A model generated the notes under the pieces. It made no database searches. It was not told the origin of the DNA and saw only the letters and a program-made list of their open reading frames with translations. Positions 26,871-36,443 of a stretch of DNA of 64,000 nt are shown one piece after another. Within the stretch, counting starts at the first letter, position 1, and every line of letters begins with the position of its first letter. The DNA comes from an uncultured Lachnospiraceae bacterium (lineage in GTDB: Bacteria > Bacillota > Clostridia > Lachnospirales > Lachnospiraceae), in the NCBI GenBank assembly GCA_964566545.1, contig CAZMIX010000004.1, positions 44,257 through 108,256 on the forward strand, written 5' to 3'. The translations under genes were made by a program, and so were the position numbers.

Positions 26871-27422
26871 TCAAGCTTCCTTATCTTTTTTTTTACCGAA
26901 GGGCTTTTTCATCTCTTTCTCCAACAGCACAAGATCCGCTTCTTTATAATGAAATAACATCAAGAGTGCAAGCAAAACGGTCGCTACGGATACATAACAG
27001 TCTGCCACGTTAAATATCGGAAAATTGATCACGCTGATATAAATAAAATCAATTACATAGTTCAGCCTGATCCGGTCGAGCATATTGCCGGCGCCTCCGG
27101 CCGCAATACAAATAATCAGGACGTTGAGCCATCCGTACCGCTTTTCAAAAGGCATTTGAAACAGTAAGTACAGCATCAGAAGAATAACAACCGTGCTAAT
27201 AATAAGAAAAAGAGACTTTTGTCCGGCCAAAATACCGAAAGCGGCGCCGGTGTTTCCATTAGGAAGATAATAAAACTCCAACACATTTGGAATGATCGGA
27301 ATAGCAGGCTGATCTTTTAACGTATTAACAGCCCAAAGCTTTGTATACTGATCTAATAAAATCAGCATACCGATTAATAGCAATTCCAATGCACTGCGCA
27401 TTAATTTTTTTTTCATGATCAA
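26871..27422 (-). CDS. lspA: Lipoprotein signal peptidase II
   Basis: Four TM helices with the NTGAAFG and FNVAD catalytic-Asp motifs. Confidence 0.9.
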   Translation of the reverse strand: MIMKKKLMRSALELLLIGMLILLDQYTKLWAVNTLKDQPAIPIIPNVLEFYYLPNGNTGAAFGILAGQKSLFLIISTVVILLMLYLLFQMPFEKRYGWLNVLIICIAAGGAGNMLDRIRLNYVIDFIYISVINFPIFNVADCYVSVATVLLALLMLFHYKEADLVLLEKEMKKPFGKKKDKEA

Positions 27423-28531
27423 TCCCCTTTTTTTGCGGTGATTTCCTCAATCGCTGCGATAATTTCTTCATTTGTTACATCCTTGCAAATAAAAGCTTTT
27501 CCAATCTTCTTAAGTAAAATAAAATTAATGTGATTTCCCTCCGCTTTTTTATCAGATTTCGTGTAGTTTAATACCTGTTCCGAAGAGATATCCTCTATTG
27601 AGATCGGAAGTTCGAACGGAACGAACATATCTCTGATTTCGTAATATTCCTCCATGTTGAGCAGCCTGCGTTTCCATGAAATGAATGCTGCCGCAACACA
27701 GCCGAGTGCGACACATTCGCCGTGCAGCATAGAAAAATTCTTGTATTTCTCGATTGCATGGCCGATCGTATGTCCAAAATTGAGCAGCGCACGTTCATTC
27801 TGTTCAAATGGATCCTGCTCAACAACGATGCGTTTGATTTCACAGCTTCGCCGTATCATTTCCTCTAGAATCTCCGATTCCTTTTCATTAATCTCCATAA
27901 AATGGGTAATAAGCCATTCGTAAAAAATACCGTCGCGAATGAGACCGGCTTTTAAAACCTCGGCCATCCCCGAAGCAAACTGACGTTTAGAAAGCGTTTG
28001 CAGCACTGATGTATTCATATAAACAAGCCGCGGCATTTTAAATGCGCCAACCATATTTTTGAATTGTTCGAAATCCACGCCGGTTTTTCCGCCAATACTG
28101 CTGTCCACCTGAGAAAGAAGGGTCGTTGGAAGCTGCACGTAGTCAATTCCGCGCATATAGGTCGCGGCTACAAAGCCGGTCAAATCCCCTGTCACACCAC
28201 CACCCAATGCCGCCAGTATGTCTTTTCTGCCAAATTTCTTTTCTACCAAGAAACGGTAAACCGATTCTACCGTTTTTAAATGCTTGCTCTCTTCTCCGGC
28301 GGGAAAAGAAAACAGCTCTACATCCAAAAAAAATGGTTTTAAAAGTGTCTCCAATTCTTTGGCATACAGATCTGCAACATTACTGTCTGCAATAATACAA
28401 AGCTTCTTATCCTGATCAAACAGCCCTTTAAGTTTTTGGGGAAGTTTCTCATAGGAGTCTTCAATAAAAATATCATAACATTTCTTTTTTTGATAGTTGA
28501 CTTCCAGATTACAGGGCATCATTTTCTCCAT
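27419..28531 (-). CDS. aroB: 3-dehydroquinate synthase
   Basis: LGGGVTGDLTGFVAATYMRGIDYVQLPTTLLSQVDSSIGGKTGVD and GHTIGHAIE motifs. Confidence 0.85.
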   Translation of the reverse strand: MEKMMPCNLEVNYQKKKCYDIFIEDSYEKLPQKLKGLFDQDKKLCIIADSNVADLYAKELETLLKPFFLDVELFSFPAGEESKHLKTVESVYRFLVEKKFGRKDILAALGGGVTGDLTGFVAATYMRGIDYVQLPTTLLSQVDSSIGGKTGVDFEQFKNMVGAFKMPRLVYMNTSVLQTLSKRQFASGMAEVLKAGLIRDGIFYEWLITHFMEINEKESEILEEMIRRSCEIKRIVVEQDPFEQNERALLNFGHTIGHAIEKYKNFSMLHGECVALGCVAAAFISWKRRLLNMEEYYEIRDMFVPFELPISIEDISSEQVLNYTKSDKKAEGNHINFILLKKIGKAFICKDVTNEEIIAAIEEITAKKGD

Positions 28532-28605
28532 TCACCTTTTATTTTTTTAGAAACAAAGAGTCCGCAGTTTTCTTATTTGAAAATTTGGGATAAATTTTCT
28601 TTGTA

Positions 28606-28636
28606 AGAAAAAACTTCCTGCTGAGAAAGCAGGAAG
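28606..28636 (-). terminator. Intrinsic terminator after sepF
   Basis: Minus strand: CTTCCTGC-TTTCTCA-GCAGGAAG followed by TTTTTTC. Confidence 0.7.
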
Positions 28637-28675
28637 CTTTGTCGTCTTTTCCTATTATAAATCAGCAATTTATAA

Positions 28676-29188
28676 TTAAAACTTATTATGCAGTGCCGGA
28701 ACATCAAAGGCACCTGACAGAATTTCCTGAAAGTCGCCGGATATATCGACGCTTTTTGGTGTAATAATGAATATGTAATGAGAAATCTTCTGCAAATTAC
28801 CGCTGATGGCAAACGTGGATCCTGAAGTAAAATCAATAATTCTCTGAGCAATATCGACATCCAGTCCTTCCATATTCAATACGACCGTGCGATTAGCAAG
28901 CAATGTTTCCGTAATTTCTCTCGCATCTTCGACAGTTGTCGGTTTTATGACACAGACCTCCATCCCGCTTGCAGTTGTTCTATTTTTCCCGCTTCGCATC
29001 GGTGTTACCTTAGGTGCGGTTTTTGTCTTTGGTCTTTCTTCAAAGTCATCATCAAGCGTTTCTGTTTTAATGGATTTTTTTCTGCGCGGAGGATCATCGT
29101 AATCATCCTCTTCATCAAAAAAATCATCGTCATAATCTTCGTCGTCGTTATACCTCATTGAGCTTAACAACTTGTCCAAGAATGCCAT
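28676..29188 (-). CDS. sepF: Cell division protein SepF
   Basis: Acidic low-complexity linker, then the conserved C-terminal domain (VVLNMEGLDVDIAQRIIDFTSG). Confidence 0.9.
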   Translation of the reverse strand: MAFLDKLLSSMRYNDDEDYDDDFFDEEDDYDDPPRRKKSIKTETLDDDFEERPKTKTAPKVTPMRSGKNRTTASGMEVCVIKPTTVEDAREITETLLANRTVVLNMEGLDVDIAQRIIDFTSGSTFAISGNLQKISHYIFIITPKSVDISGDFQEILSGAFDVPALHNKF

Positions 29189-29209
29189 ATAATTATCTCC
29201 TTATCTCCT

Positions 29210-29902
29210 CTACTTATTATAATTCCTCTCACCGAATATAGATGTCCCCACACGGATAAAGGTAGCCCCTTCCTCGATTGCAACTGCAAAATCCCCCGAC
29301 ATACCCATAGATAAACAATCCATAGATACATTATCAATGTTTTTAGTTGTTATGTCAACAGATAATTGTTTTAATTTACTAAAAACCAGACGATTTTCCT
29401 CAGCATTCTCCACATAAGGAGCCACTGTCATGAGGCCCTTGACAAAAATATTCGGTAGCAGTGAAACCTGCTTAAGCAGTCCGACTACCTCGTCATATGC
29501 GGCCCCAAATTTACTTTCCTCCTGTGCGACATTTACTTCCATCAGTATATTGGCATTGACCTGATGCTTGACTGCCTCCTTGCTGATTTCTCTGGCAAGC
29601 TTTAAAGAGTCTACGCTGTGAATAAGGTATGCTTTATCTATTATATATTTTACTTTATTTGTCTGCAAATGTCCAATCAAATGCCAACGAATATCTTTTG
29701 GGAGTAAATCGTATTTACTGACAAGCTCCTGCACTTTGTTTTCTCCGAAATCACGAATGCCGCAATCATATAGTTCCTTGACCATTTCCGCCGACTTTGT
29801 TTTGCTTACCGCAACAAGCGTGATACTGCTTCTTTCCCGTCCCGCTTTTTTGCATGCCGTTCCAATTTCTGATTCTACAAGGTTCAGATTATCCTTCAAC
29901 AT
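29210..29902 (-). CDS. yggS: YggS/YlmE-family PLP homeostasis protein
   Basis: VAVSKTK PLP-lysine motif, HLIGHLQTNKV and the RVGTSIFG tail. Confidence 0.9.
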   Translation of the reverse strand: MLKDNLNLVESEIGTACKKAGRERSSITLVAVSKTKSAEMVKELYDCGIRDFGENKVQELVSKYDLLPKDIRWHLIGHLQTNKVKYIIDKAYLIHSVDSLKLAREISKEAVKHQVNANILMEVNVAQEESKFGAAYDEVVGLLKQVSLLPNIFVKGLMTVAPYVENAEENRLVFSKLKQLSVDITTKNIDNVSMDCLSMGMSGDFAVAIEEGATFIRVGTSIFGERNYNK

Positions 29903-29949
29903 AAGCCTTCCACTTCCGTCCTTTACTGAAATATGCCGCTAAAAGCCAA

Positions 29950-31350
29950 TTAATTATAAATAAAATCATTTTCGTTGACAGTATCGCCTTTTAACACAAC
30001 ATGATCATATACACTGAGTCCGTATTCGGTATTCGACTTTACAATCGCATATTCCTCATTCTGGTAAAGGATCGTGATCTGTTTAAAATCCGCATAGCCT
30101 TTGTTAATATTATAAACCCCAATCAGCGTAGCCTGCTTGCTAATCGGATACTTTTCATTACTGTCAGGCTTGATGATGTAATCGCCAATATTAAAAACGG
30201 ATTCCTCCACATAATACTCCGTCTCGGTCGAATTGTAAATAGTGGCTTCCACAAATTCCGTGGAAACCGTGCCGTCTTCAAGATAAGTTTCCCGAATAAA
30301 GCCATCCGCGCCGGTATTGCCGCCCTTTGTCAAATATTCGATCGGAATCAGATAAAAGGCTCGTTCCACAATCGCTGAATTCGGTATTTTTAAACCTTCC
30401 TCAGAATTGGCAAGCAGTTCAACTTCAATTATGCGATCCGTCGCAAACGTAATCATCGAATTATTGAAATCCAGCTTTGCATAAATGACTCCGTTCTGCC
30501 GCAAAATTGAAATTTTAGCCCACGAAGTATAGTTGTTTTTCAGGAAACGTACATTGATGTAAGATTCCTCTGCAAGCTCCTGAGCCCGCTCCTCATCAAT
30601 CTCAATGATAATTGACCAGTTTTCGCTCGTGATCAGCTTATAAGCAGGGTCACCCTGCGCGATCAAATCATTGCTGTGAAACTGAGATTTTGTATAGTTG
30701 TCCGGCTTCATCAGTTCAGGAGTAAGAGTTTCGGCCGTAATACCCTCATAGCCGTCTGTCGAGTAGACGAGAACTCCGGATTGAGACGCATAGCCAAAGC
30801 TGATGGAATCAGATAAATTGGAACTCGCAAGCGTATCAATACTTGATAATACCTTATAATTGGCAAGCTTTAAAACAGTTCCCTCAATATCAAATTTAAA
30901 ATCATAGGTGTCAAAAAAGCTATCGGGGCGAAAGCTTGTGCTAAAGTCCGATATTTCCGTTTTTAGCTCGGAAAGATCCTCGTCTGTTAGGGAGCTTCCT
31001 TCACCCGTGTTTTCATTCACCATTTCCGAAAGCTTTCCGGAAGAATCTACGGTATACACCATGGAGCCATTAGAAACCTTTTCATTTTCCCGTGCATAAT
31101 AATTAACATATCCGGAATAATCGCAGGAAACAACTGTCTCCTCCCGCAGTGCGATGCCGACATAGGTGTTATTGACAGCAAGTGAGCCAGTCGTTACCTC
31201 ATAAGGTGTAATATGCTCACTCTGAAAATAAGAAATAATAATAACAATAATATAAATAAAAAGAACACCAAAAATAATTAATCCGAGATTAATATTAATA
31301 GGTTTCCTGTATTTTGTTATTTTTTCAGACGCTTTTCTTCTTTTTGCCAC
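29950..31350 (-). CDS. Membrane-anchored protein of unknown function (possibly HlyD-like adaptor fold)
   Basis: Basic N-terminus, one TM helix (LGLIIFGVLFIYIIVIIISYF) and a large beta-rich extracytoplasmic part. The family call is tentative. Confidence 0.4.
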   Translation of the reverse strand: MAKRRKASEKITKYRKPININLGLIIFGVLFIYIIVIIISYFQSEHITPYEVTTGSLAVNNTYVGIALREETVVSCDYSGYVNYYARENEKVSNGSMVYTVDSSGKLSEMVNENTGEGSSLTDEDLSELKTEISDFSTSFRPDSFFDTYDFKFDIEGTVLKLANYKVLSSIDTLASSNLSDSISFGYASQSGVLVYSTDGYEGITAETLTPELMKPDNYTKSQFHSNDLIAQGDPAYKLITSENWSIIIEIDEERAQELAEESYINVRFLKNNYTSWAKISILRQNGVIYAKLDFNNSMITFATDRIIEVELLANSEEGLKIPNSAIVERAFYLIPIEYLTKGGNTGADGFIRETYLEDGTVSTEFVEATIYNSTETEYYVEESVFNIGDYIIKPDSNEKYPISKQATLIGVYNINKGYADFKQITILYQNEEYAIVKSNTEYGLSVYDHVVLKGDTVNENDFIYN

Positions 31351-31459
31351 CGTGTTACCTCACCCAAACAGCTTTTTACAAATCAAAAGCCTCGGCTCGC
31401 CGGGGCTTTGATTTGTAATTATTGATACCGATTCCATATAATTACCACATAATATTCTA

Positions 31460-31882
31460 TTAAAGAGATACAATTACCTTTGATTTCATTTCATCCGAAA
31501 GCTCCGAACCGTCAACGGACATGCTGATAACGAAATCGACATGAAACTGATCGCTGATCTTTTCAAGTTTATTGATTACAGACACTATATCCTTATGGTC
31601 TTTTATGTAGGCCACGTCCAAAAAGCTATCCAAATACATCTGTTCAAGGTCATGATCCTGAGAAACGATTCCGCAGATAAAACCAACAAATTCGCCTGTT
31701 GATGCAACAGGAAACTCCGAAGCATTAATCAGGCGGATTTTATTTTTTAACTCATACATATGCTTAGAATTTTTGTCTAAATATACAATATTCCCGGAAG
31801 CCGTCTTAACAGCACTATTTACTTTATCAAGTAAATGTTTTGTCTTTCCCTTCCCCTTTTCGCCGACGATTAAATGTATCAT
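31460..31882 (-). CDS. Small P-loop protein of unknown function
   Basis: Walker A-like GEKGKGKTK at the N-terminus; 140 aa; GGAGGAG SD. Confidence 0.4.
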   Translation of the reverse strand: MIHLIVGEKGKGKTKHLLDKVNSAVKTASGNIVYLDKNSKHMYELKNKIRLINASEFPVASTGEFVGFICGIVSQDHDLEQMYLDSFLDVAYIKDHKDIVSVINKLEKISDQFHVDFVISMSVDGSELSDEMKSKVIVSL

Positions 31883-31960
31883 TGTAATCTCCTCCTTAAG
31901 TTAAATTGTAAAGCTTATGTACTTATTATAGTAGATTCAGTTATAAAAAACAACCTATAA

Positions 31961-32941
31961 TTACTGTACATTTTCCAATAAATTTGTCATTTCTGAATAA
32001 AGCGCATCTTTATCATCCGCTTGCATGATGACGGAAATATAGGGCTCTCCGGATGTGTTATTAGCCAGAAGAATCAGGCAGGCACCCGCCGCATTCGTTG
32101 TACCGGTCTTGCCGCCGATTATATTCACATTTCCGGGCGTTTCTTTGGCCCCGCTTAAAAATAAATTTGTCGTACCAAAATCCATTTCCTTTGGATTGCC
32201 CTCCCTGTCCGAATAGGTGGACGTATAGCTGGATATATGGATGATCTCTTTAAATTTATCATATTTCATTGCCTCATTAAAAATGAGATACAAATCATAA
32301 GACGTCGTATAATGGTTGTCATCAGTCAGTCCATGTGGGTTTGTAAAGTTCGTATTTGTCGCACCAAGCGCAAGAGCCTCGTCATTCATTAACTGCCTGA
32401 ATTCCTCTAGGCTGCCGGAAATATGCTCCGCGATCATAACTGCCGCATCGTTTCCCGAATACATCAAAAGTCCGTGCAGCGCCTGATCCAGCGTTATTTG
32501 ATCCCCTTCTTTAAAGCCGCAAAGCTGCGCGCCGGATTCCGTAATATTGACATTTGCAGAGGCTGTAAGCACATCTTCCAGCTTTCCATATTTGAGTGCC
32601 AAAAGAGCCGTCATTGTCTTAGTCAAGCTTGCCGGATTCATTGATTTGTGAATGTTTTTGGCAAAAAGCGTATCGGCTCTTGAGGTATCAAAAAGACCGG
32701 CCGCCGTTGCCTTGGACATGTCAATGCCGTTACCGGACACATCCGAAGATACGACACACAAATCAGAGGCAAATGCATCTACAGTGGCCTCCGTATTGCT
32801 TGTCTCAAAACTGTATGCGCTTATTGGTGCGGAAAGGTCGTATGGCATGTCAAACTTTTTACTTCCGCAGCCGCCCAGAAAAAGCGACGCAAACACAAAA
32901 ACCGCCGCTTTGCACATGCCGTTCTTATTTGTACATTTCAC
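31961..32941 (-). CDS. dacB: D-alanyl-D-alanine carboxypeptidase (S11), probable lipoprotein
   Basis: SxxK (ASLTKTM), SxN (YSGND) and KTG (GGKTGTT) motifs. Lipobox LGGC. Confidence 0.85.
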   Translation of the reverse strand: MKCTNKNGMCKAAVFVFASLFLGGCGSKKFDMPYDLSAPISAYSFETSNTEATVDAFASDLCVVSSDVSGNGIDMSKATAAGLFDTSRADTLFAKNIHKSMNPASLTKTMTALLALKYGKLEDVLTASANVNITESGAQLCGFKEGDQITLDQALHGLLMYSGNDAAVMIAEHISGSLEEFRQLMNDEALALGATNTNFTNPHGLTDDNHYTTSYDLYLIFNEAMKYDKFKEIIHISSYTSTYSDREGNPKEMDFGTTNLFLSGAKETPGNVNIIGGKTGTTNAAGACLILLANNTSGEPYISVIMQADDKDALYSEMTNLLENVQ

Positions 32942-33320
32942 GCCATTCCATATCTCCTCTGTCGAGTGATTTGATTAAGAGTTCAGCTGTGGCAAGATTT
33001 GTCGCCAACGGAATGTTATGCATATCGCACAGACGGATAATATAGCCGACATCCGGCTCGTGTGATTTCGGTGTCAGGGGATCCCGCAAGAAAACCATCA
33101 AATCGATTTCGTTATGCTCGATTTGTGCGCCTATCTGCTGTTCTCCCCCCAAATGCCCGGCAAGATACTTGTGAATGGAAAGGTTTGTGACCTCTTCAAT
33201 CAGCCTGCCGGTCGTGCCTGTTGCAAAAAGATCGTTTTTGCTTAATATCCCCCGATAAGCAATACAAAAATTCTGCATTAATTTCTTTTTTGAGTCGTGA
33301 GCAATCAACCCAATATTCAT
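32925..33320 (-). CDS. mgsA: Methylglyoxal synthase
   Basis: MNIGLIAHDSKK ... ATGTTG ... GGEQQIGA motifs. Start moved to ATG 33320 behind a GGAGGAGG SD. Confidence 0.92.
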   Translation of the reverse strand: MNIGLIAHDSKKKLMQNFCIAYRGILSKNDLFATGTTGRLIEEVTNLSIHKYLAGHLGGEQQIGAQIEHNEIDLMVFLRDPLTPKSHEPDVGYIIRLCDMHNIPLATNLATAELLIKSLDRGDMEWREMYK

Positions 33321-33392
33321 ATAACATTCCTCCTCCAGGTGTTTATTCACCGGCATGCTTTGATTAAAAGCTCCGATGATCGTGTAGACGCG

Positions 33393-34508
33393 TTATAAAT
33401 ATTTTGGCGTCTGCATTTTTACATTTAATACGAACCCCATCCCTATAAAAAGACTGACGAGCGACGTCAATCCGTAACTCAAAAACGGTAGAGGTAAGCC
33501 GGTATTCGGCAATATCGCGGTAGCCACACCGACGTTGATAAAGGTCTGAAAGCCGATTAGTCCGGCCATACCGGCGGCAATAATGGAGCCTGCTAAATCC
33601 CTCGATTTGCGTGCAATTAAAATACATTCCAATACGATCAGAAACAAAAGCCCGAGTACCGCGCAGCAACCGACAAAGCCAAGCTCCTCCCCCACTACGG
33701 CAAAAATAAAATCTGTCTGTGCTTCCGAAATAAAATTGCCGTTTTTTACGGAAGCGATGACATTGTTGTTAAGACCCTTTCCAGTGAGCTGACCGGAACC
33801 GATGGCCGTAATGGCATTCATTGTCTGATAAGCCTCGGTAGCCGCATATTTCTCCGGCTGCAGCCATGCGAGAATACGCTTTTGCTGATATTCGTCCAAA
33901 ATTATCTGATCCGGCTGCAATACCATATTTAAAAAGATAATAACAGAAGGAACAGCTATCACAATGACGCCGATGACAACCTTGTAACTAAGCCCGCCGA
34001 CAAACATAACTATGGCAAAAACAACAAGGATCATAATACTTGTCGACAAATCCGGCTGCTCATAAATCAAGATAAACGGCGGTAAAATTAGCAGAACACA
34101 GACTAACAGCATACGAAAGGTATTGAGACTCTCCTTATGTTTCATAATAAACTGTGCATAAAATAAAATCAATAAAATTTTTACAAGTTCTGACGGCTGG
34201 AATCGAAAACCGCCGACTTCAAACCAACGGGAGGCTCCTCCGCCGGAATCCCCGAACAGCTTGACAAGAACCAACATCGCGATGCTAAACGCATAAATCA
34301 GCCAGTAGAATTTCAGTACAAAGCTATAGTCGATCAGAGAAATAATGAGCATCGCAACGATGCCAAGAATCAATCCCTGCGTCTGACGCACGACAAGATC
34401 CTCTTTTGCGCTTCCGATAAAGCGGATGCCAAGGATGCTGATTGCGACCGTCAGCAAGATCAGTAACACATCATATTTTCTGAAGTTATATTTCCCAAAG
34501 TTGAACAT
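33393..34508 (-). CDS. rodA: SEDS-family peptidoglycan polymerase RodA
   Basis: FtsW/RodA/SpoVE signatures (RFQPSELVK, SEAQTDFIFAVVGEELGF, LPLPFLSYGLTS). Start set at MFNFGK (34508). Confidence 0.9.
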   Translation of the reverse strand: MFNFGKYNFRKYDVLLILLTVAISILGIRFIGSAKEDLVVRQTQGLILGIVAMLIISLIDYSFVLKFYWLIYAFSIAMLVLVKLFGDSGGGASRWFEVGGFRFQPSELVKILLILFYAQFIMKHKESLNTFRMLLVCVLLILPPFILIYEQPDLSTSIMILVVFAIVMFVGGLSYKVVIGVIVIAVPSVIIFLNMVLQPDQIILDEYQQKRILAWLQPEKYAATEAYQTMNAITAIGSGQLTGKGLNNNVIASVKNGNFISEAQTDFIFAVVGEELGFVGCCAVLGLLFLIVLECILIARKSRDLAGSIIAAGMAGLIGFQTFINVGVATAILPNTGLPLPFLSYGLTSLVSLFIGMGFVLNVKMQTPKYL

Positions 34509-34560
34509 TTTGATCCCTCGTATTCTTTCATGCGGGCAGCGTAACGCCTTACATGTCCTT

Positions 34561-34839
34561 TCACAGCACAGAGATTTTTCTAAGGTCAACAATCGGAATG
34601 TTGGCATATAATGCCGGCACATTGCCATGCTTGGAAGCAGATTTAGTCCATGTAATCTGCACTTCCATACCCTCTGAGTCAATTTCTATGTATTTTGAAA
34701 TAACCTTTATCATATCATTTTTAATCAGTTCGATAACTTCTGTAGAACAATCTGCCCTGTCGGATATCAAAAGCAGCTTTAGTCTGTCCTTTGCCACTTC
34801 GCGGGATTGCTTTTGCCTGAAAAATTTAAAAATACCCAT
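34561..34839 (-). CDS. minE: Cell division topological specificity factor MinE
   Basis: N-terminus FFRQKQSREVAKDRLKLLLISDR is canonical MinE. Confidence 0.92.
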   Translation of the reverse strand: MGIFKFFRQKQSREVAKDRLKLLLISDRADCSTEVIELIKNDMIKVISKYIEIDSEGMEVQITWTKSASKHGNVPALYANIPIVDLRKISVL

Positions 34840-34851
34840 TGTCCGCCCTCC

Positions 34852-35649
34852 TTAATTCTTTCTGAATGTGCCAAACATTCTATTCCACAGGGAATGTGCA
34901 TTTTCAATATTCAAAAGCGGCACATCATTTCCAAGTATCCGCTGACAGATATTCTGGTAGGCACGTCCTGCGAGGGAAGATGCATTAAGCTGCATGAGGG
35001 GCTCGCCTTGATTTGTAGCAATGACTACGCATTCGTCATCCGGAATAGCACCAAGCAGCGATATCGCCAGTATTTCCGTCACATCCGAAACAGACATCAT
35101 CTCTCCCCGTTTCATCATATCCGGACGCAGCCGATTGACAATCAAATCGATCCTTCGTATTTCATTTGCTTCCAAAAGTCCAATAATCCTATCCGCATCC
35201 CGAATTGCGGACACCTCCGGCGTCGTCACAACGATTGCTCTGTCCGCGCCTGCAATTGCGTTTTTAAACCCCTGTTCTATTCCTGCCGGACAATCGAGCA
35301 GGATGAAGTCAAAGCTGTCACGCAGCGTATCAACCAGTTTTTTCATTTGTATTGGCGAGACAGCCGTCTTATCTCTCGTCTGTGCCGCCGGCATCAGATA
35401 AAGACCGGGAAACCGCTTGTCCTTAATCAGTGCCTGTTTGATTCTGCAATTACCTTCCACAACATCCACAAGATTATAAACGATACGGTTTTCAAGCCCC
35501 ATGACGACATCCAGATTTCTGAGTCCGATATCCGTGTCAATTAAAGCTACCCGTTTCCCTAATCCTGCAAGACATGCGCCGATGTTTGCGGTGGTCGTTG
35601 TCTTCCCGACCCCGCCTTTCCCTGACGTGACGACAATTACTTCACTCAT
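34852..35649 (-). CDS. minD: Septum site-determining ATPase MinD
   Basis: Deviant Walker A SGKGGVGKTT and the DCPAGIE motif. Confidence 0.97.
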   Translation of the reverse strand: MSEVIVVTSGKGGVGKTTTTANIGACLAGLGKRVALIDTDIGLRNLDVVMGLENRIVYNLVDVVEGNCRIKQALIKDKRFPGLYLMPAAQTRDKTAVSPIQMKKLVDTLRDSFDFILLDCPAGIEQGFKNAIAGADRAIVVTTPEVSAIRDADRIIGLLEANEIRRIDLIVNRLRPDMMKRGEMMSVSDVTEILAISLLGAIPDDECVVIATNQGEPLMQLNASSLAGRAYQNICQRILGNDVPLLNIENAHSLWNRMFGTFRKN

Positions 35650-35720
35650 GTTCTACCTCCGTTTTGACTGTTAACCAGTCATTCATGAAATATTTGTCCC
35701 CTAAACATCTTTCAATTTAA

Positions 35721-36392
35721 TTAGACAGGAAGATTATTTAGTAATTCTTTCGTAATTGCATCTGTATAGATCTCCTCGTCAAGTACATAAGCGATTCGCG
35801 GTGCCTGCTTGTTTTTCAGCCATCTCCCGCTCTTTGCCAGCGCTTTAGAAGCAAAATCTCCAATTTGAATTTTGGTCGGCTTCATATCAAGTGCAACGAT
35901 AAAACAGTCGTTATTTCCATTTGCTCCCGCATAGGCATGTCCATAAAGCGTACCAAGAATAACGATATTGCCCGCCGAAACAACGTCTGCCCCGGGATTG
36001 ATATCGCCTAGAATAATGATGCTGGAATCTGTTTCAAGCACTTGTCCGGCGCGCAATGTCCCCTTATAAAATTGTCCGTCCGTACTGTCACCGTTGTTAA
36101 TGAATTTATTGGCCGCCTTTAGATATTGCTGGTTCTTTTCTCCTCCATCGCCCATGACACACAAAACGGTCAGCTCCGTATTATCGGAAATAGAATTGAC
36201 CAAAAGGCGCTCTTCTTCGATATCCAGCTCACGGCCTTCAAAGGATACAACCATTTTTGCGTTACCGAAAAACTTTGCCGAATCCCTAAATTTTCTTCCC
36301 ATCTCCGTATATAACATATCAAACGGCACTTCCGGGTCAAGTACAACCGCGATTCCGTTTGGAAAACTCTTTATGAGCACTATATTATTCAA
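35721..36392 (-). CDS. minC: Septum site-determining protein MinC
   Basis: C-terminal beta-helix repeats (GDINPGADVVSAGNIVILGTLYGHAYAG). Position upstream of minD. Confidence 0.85.
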   Translation of the reverse strand: MNNIVLIKSFPNGIAVVLDPEVPFDMLYTEMGRKFRDSAKFFGNAKMVVSFEGRELDIEEERLLVNSISDNTELTVLCVMGDGGEKNQQYLKAANKFINNGDSTDGQFYKGTLRAGQVLETDSSIIILGDINPGADVVSAGNIVILGTLYGHAYAGANGNNDCFIVALDMKPTKIQIGDFASKALAKSGRWLKNKQAPRIAYVLDEEIYTDAITKELLNNLPV

Positions 36393-36443
36393 TGTTTAAC
36401 ATCCCTTTCTTACTTTTTATGATCCCCGTCACTTTACGCGGAA

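Noticed and set aside
26124-26957. 277-aa plus-strand ORF
   Set aside because: It lies entirely antisense to the well-supported rluD and lspA genes. Its composition is skewed (R/I/F-rich), it has no SD, and it matches no recognisable family. It is a shadow ORF.
31378-31416. 13-bp hairpin ACAAATCAAAAGCC / GGCTTTGATTTGT downstream of the 31460-31882 gene
   Set aside because: It is not called a terminator. On the minus strand it is followed by AAAAAG rather than a U tract, and on the plus strand no gene ends there. It may still be a weak or factor-dependent signal.
34509-34682. N-terminal extensions proposed by the ORF track: rodA 34509-34682, 25776-25868, 4661-4741, 51646-51741, 33321-33356, 60650-60691, 16933-16974, 1698-1742
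   Set aside because: In each case an internal ATG preceded by a good SD coincides with the canonical N-terminus of the family. The extensions are Cys/Arg-rich or overlap the upstream gene.
34807-35544. 245-aa plus-strand ORF
   Set aside because: It is antisense to minD, which is unambiguous, and has no motif or SD.
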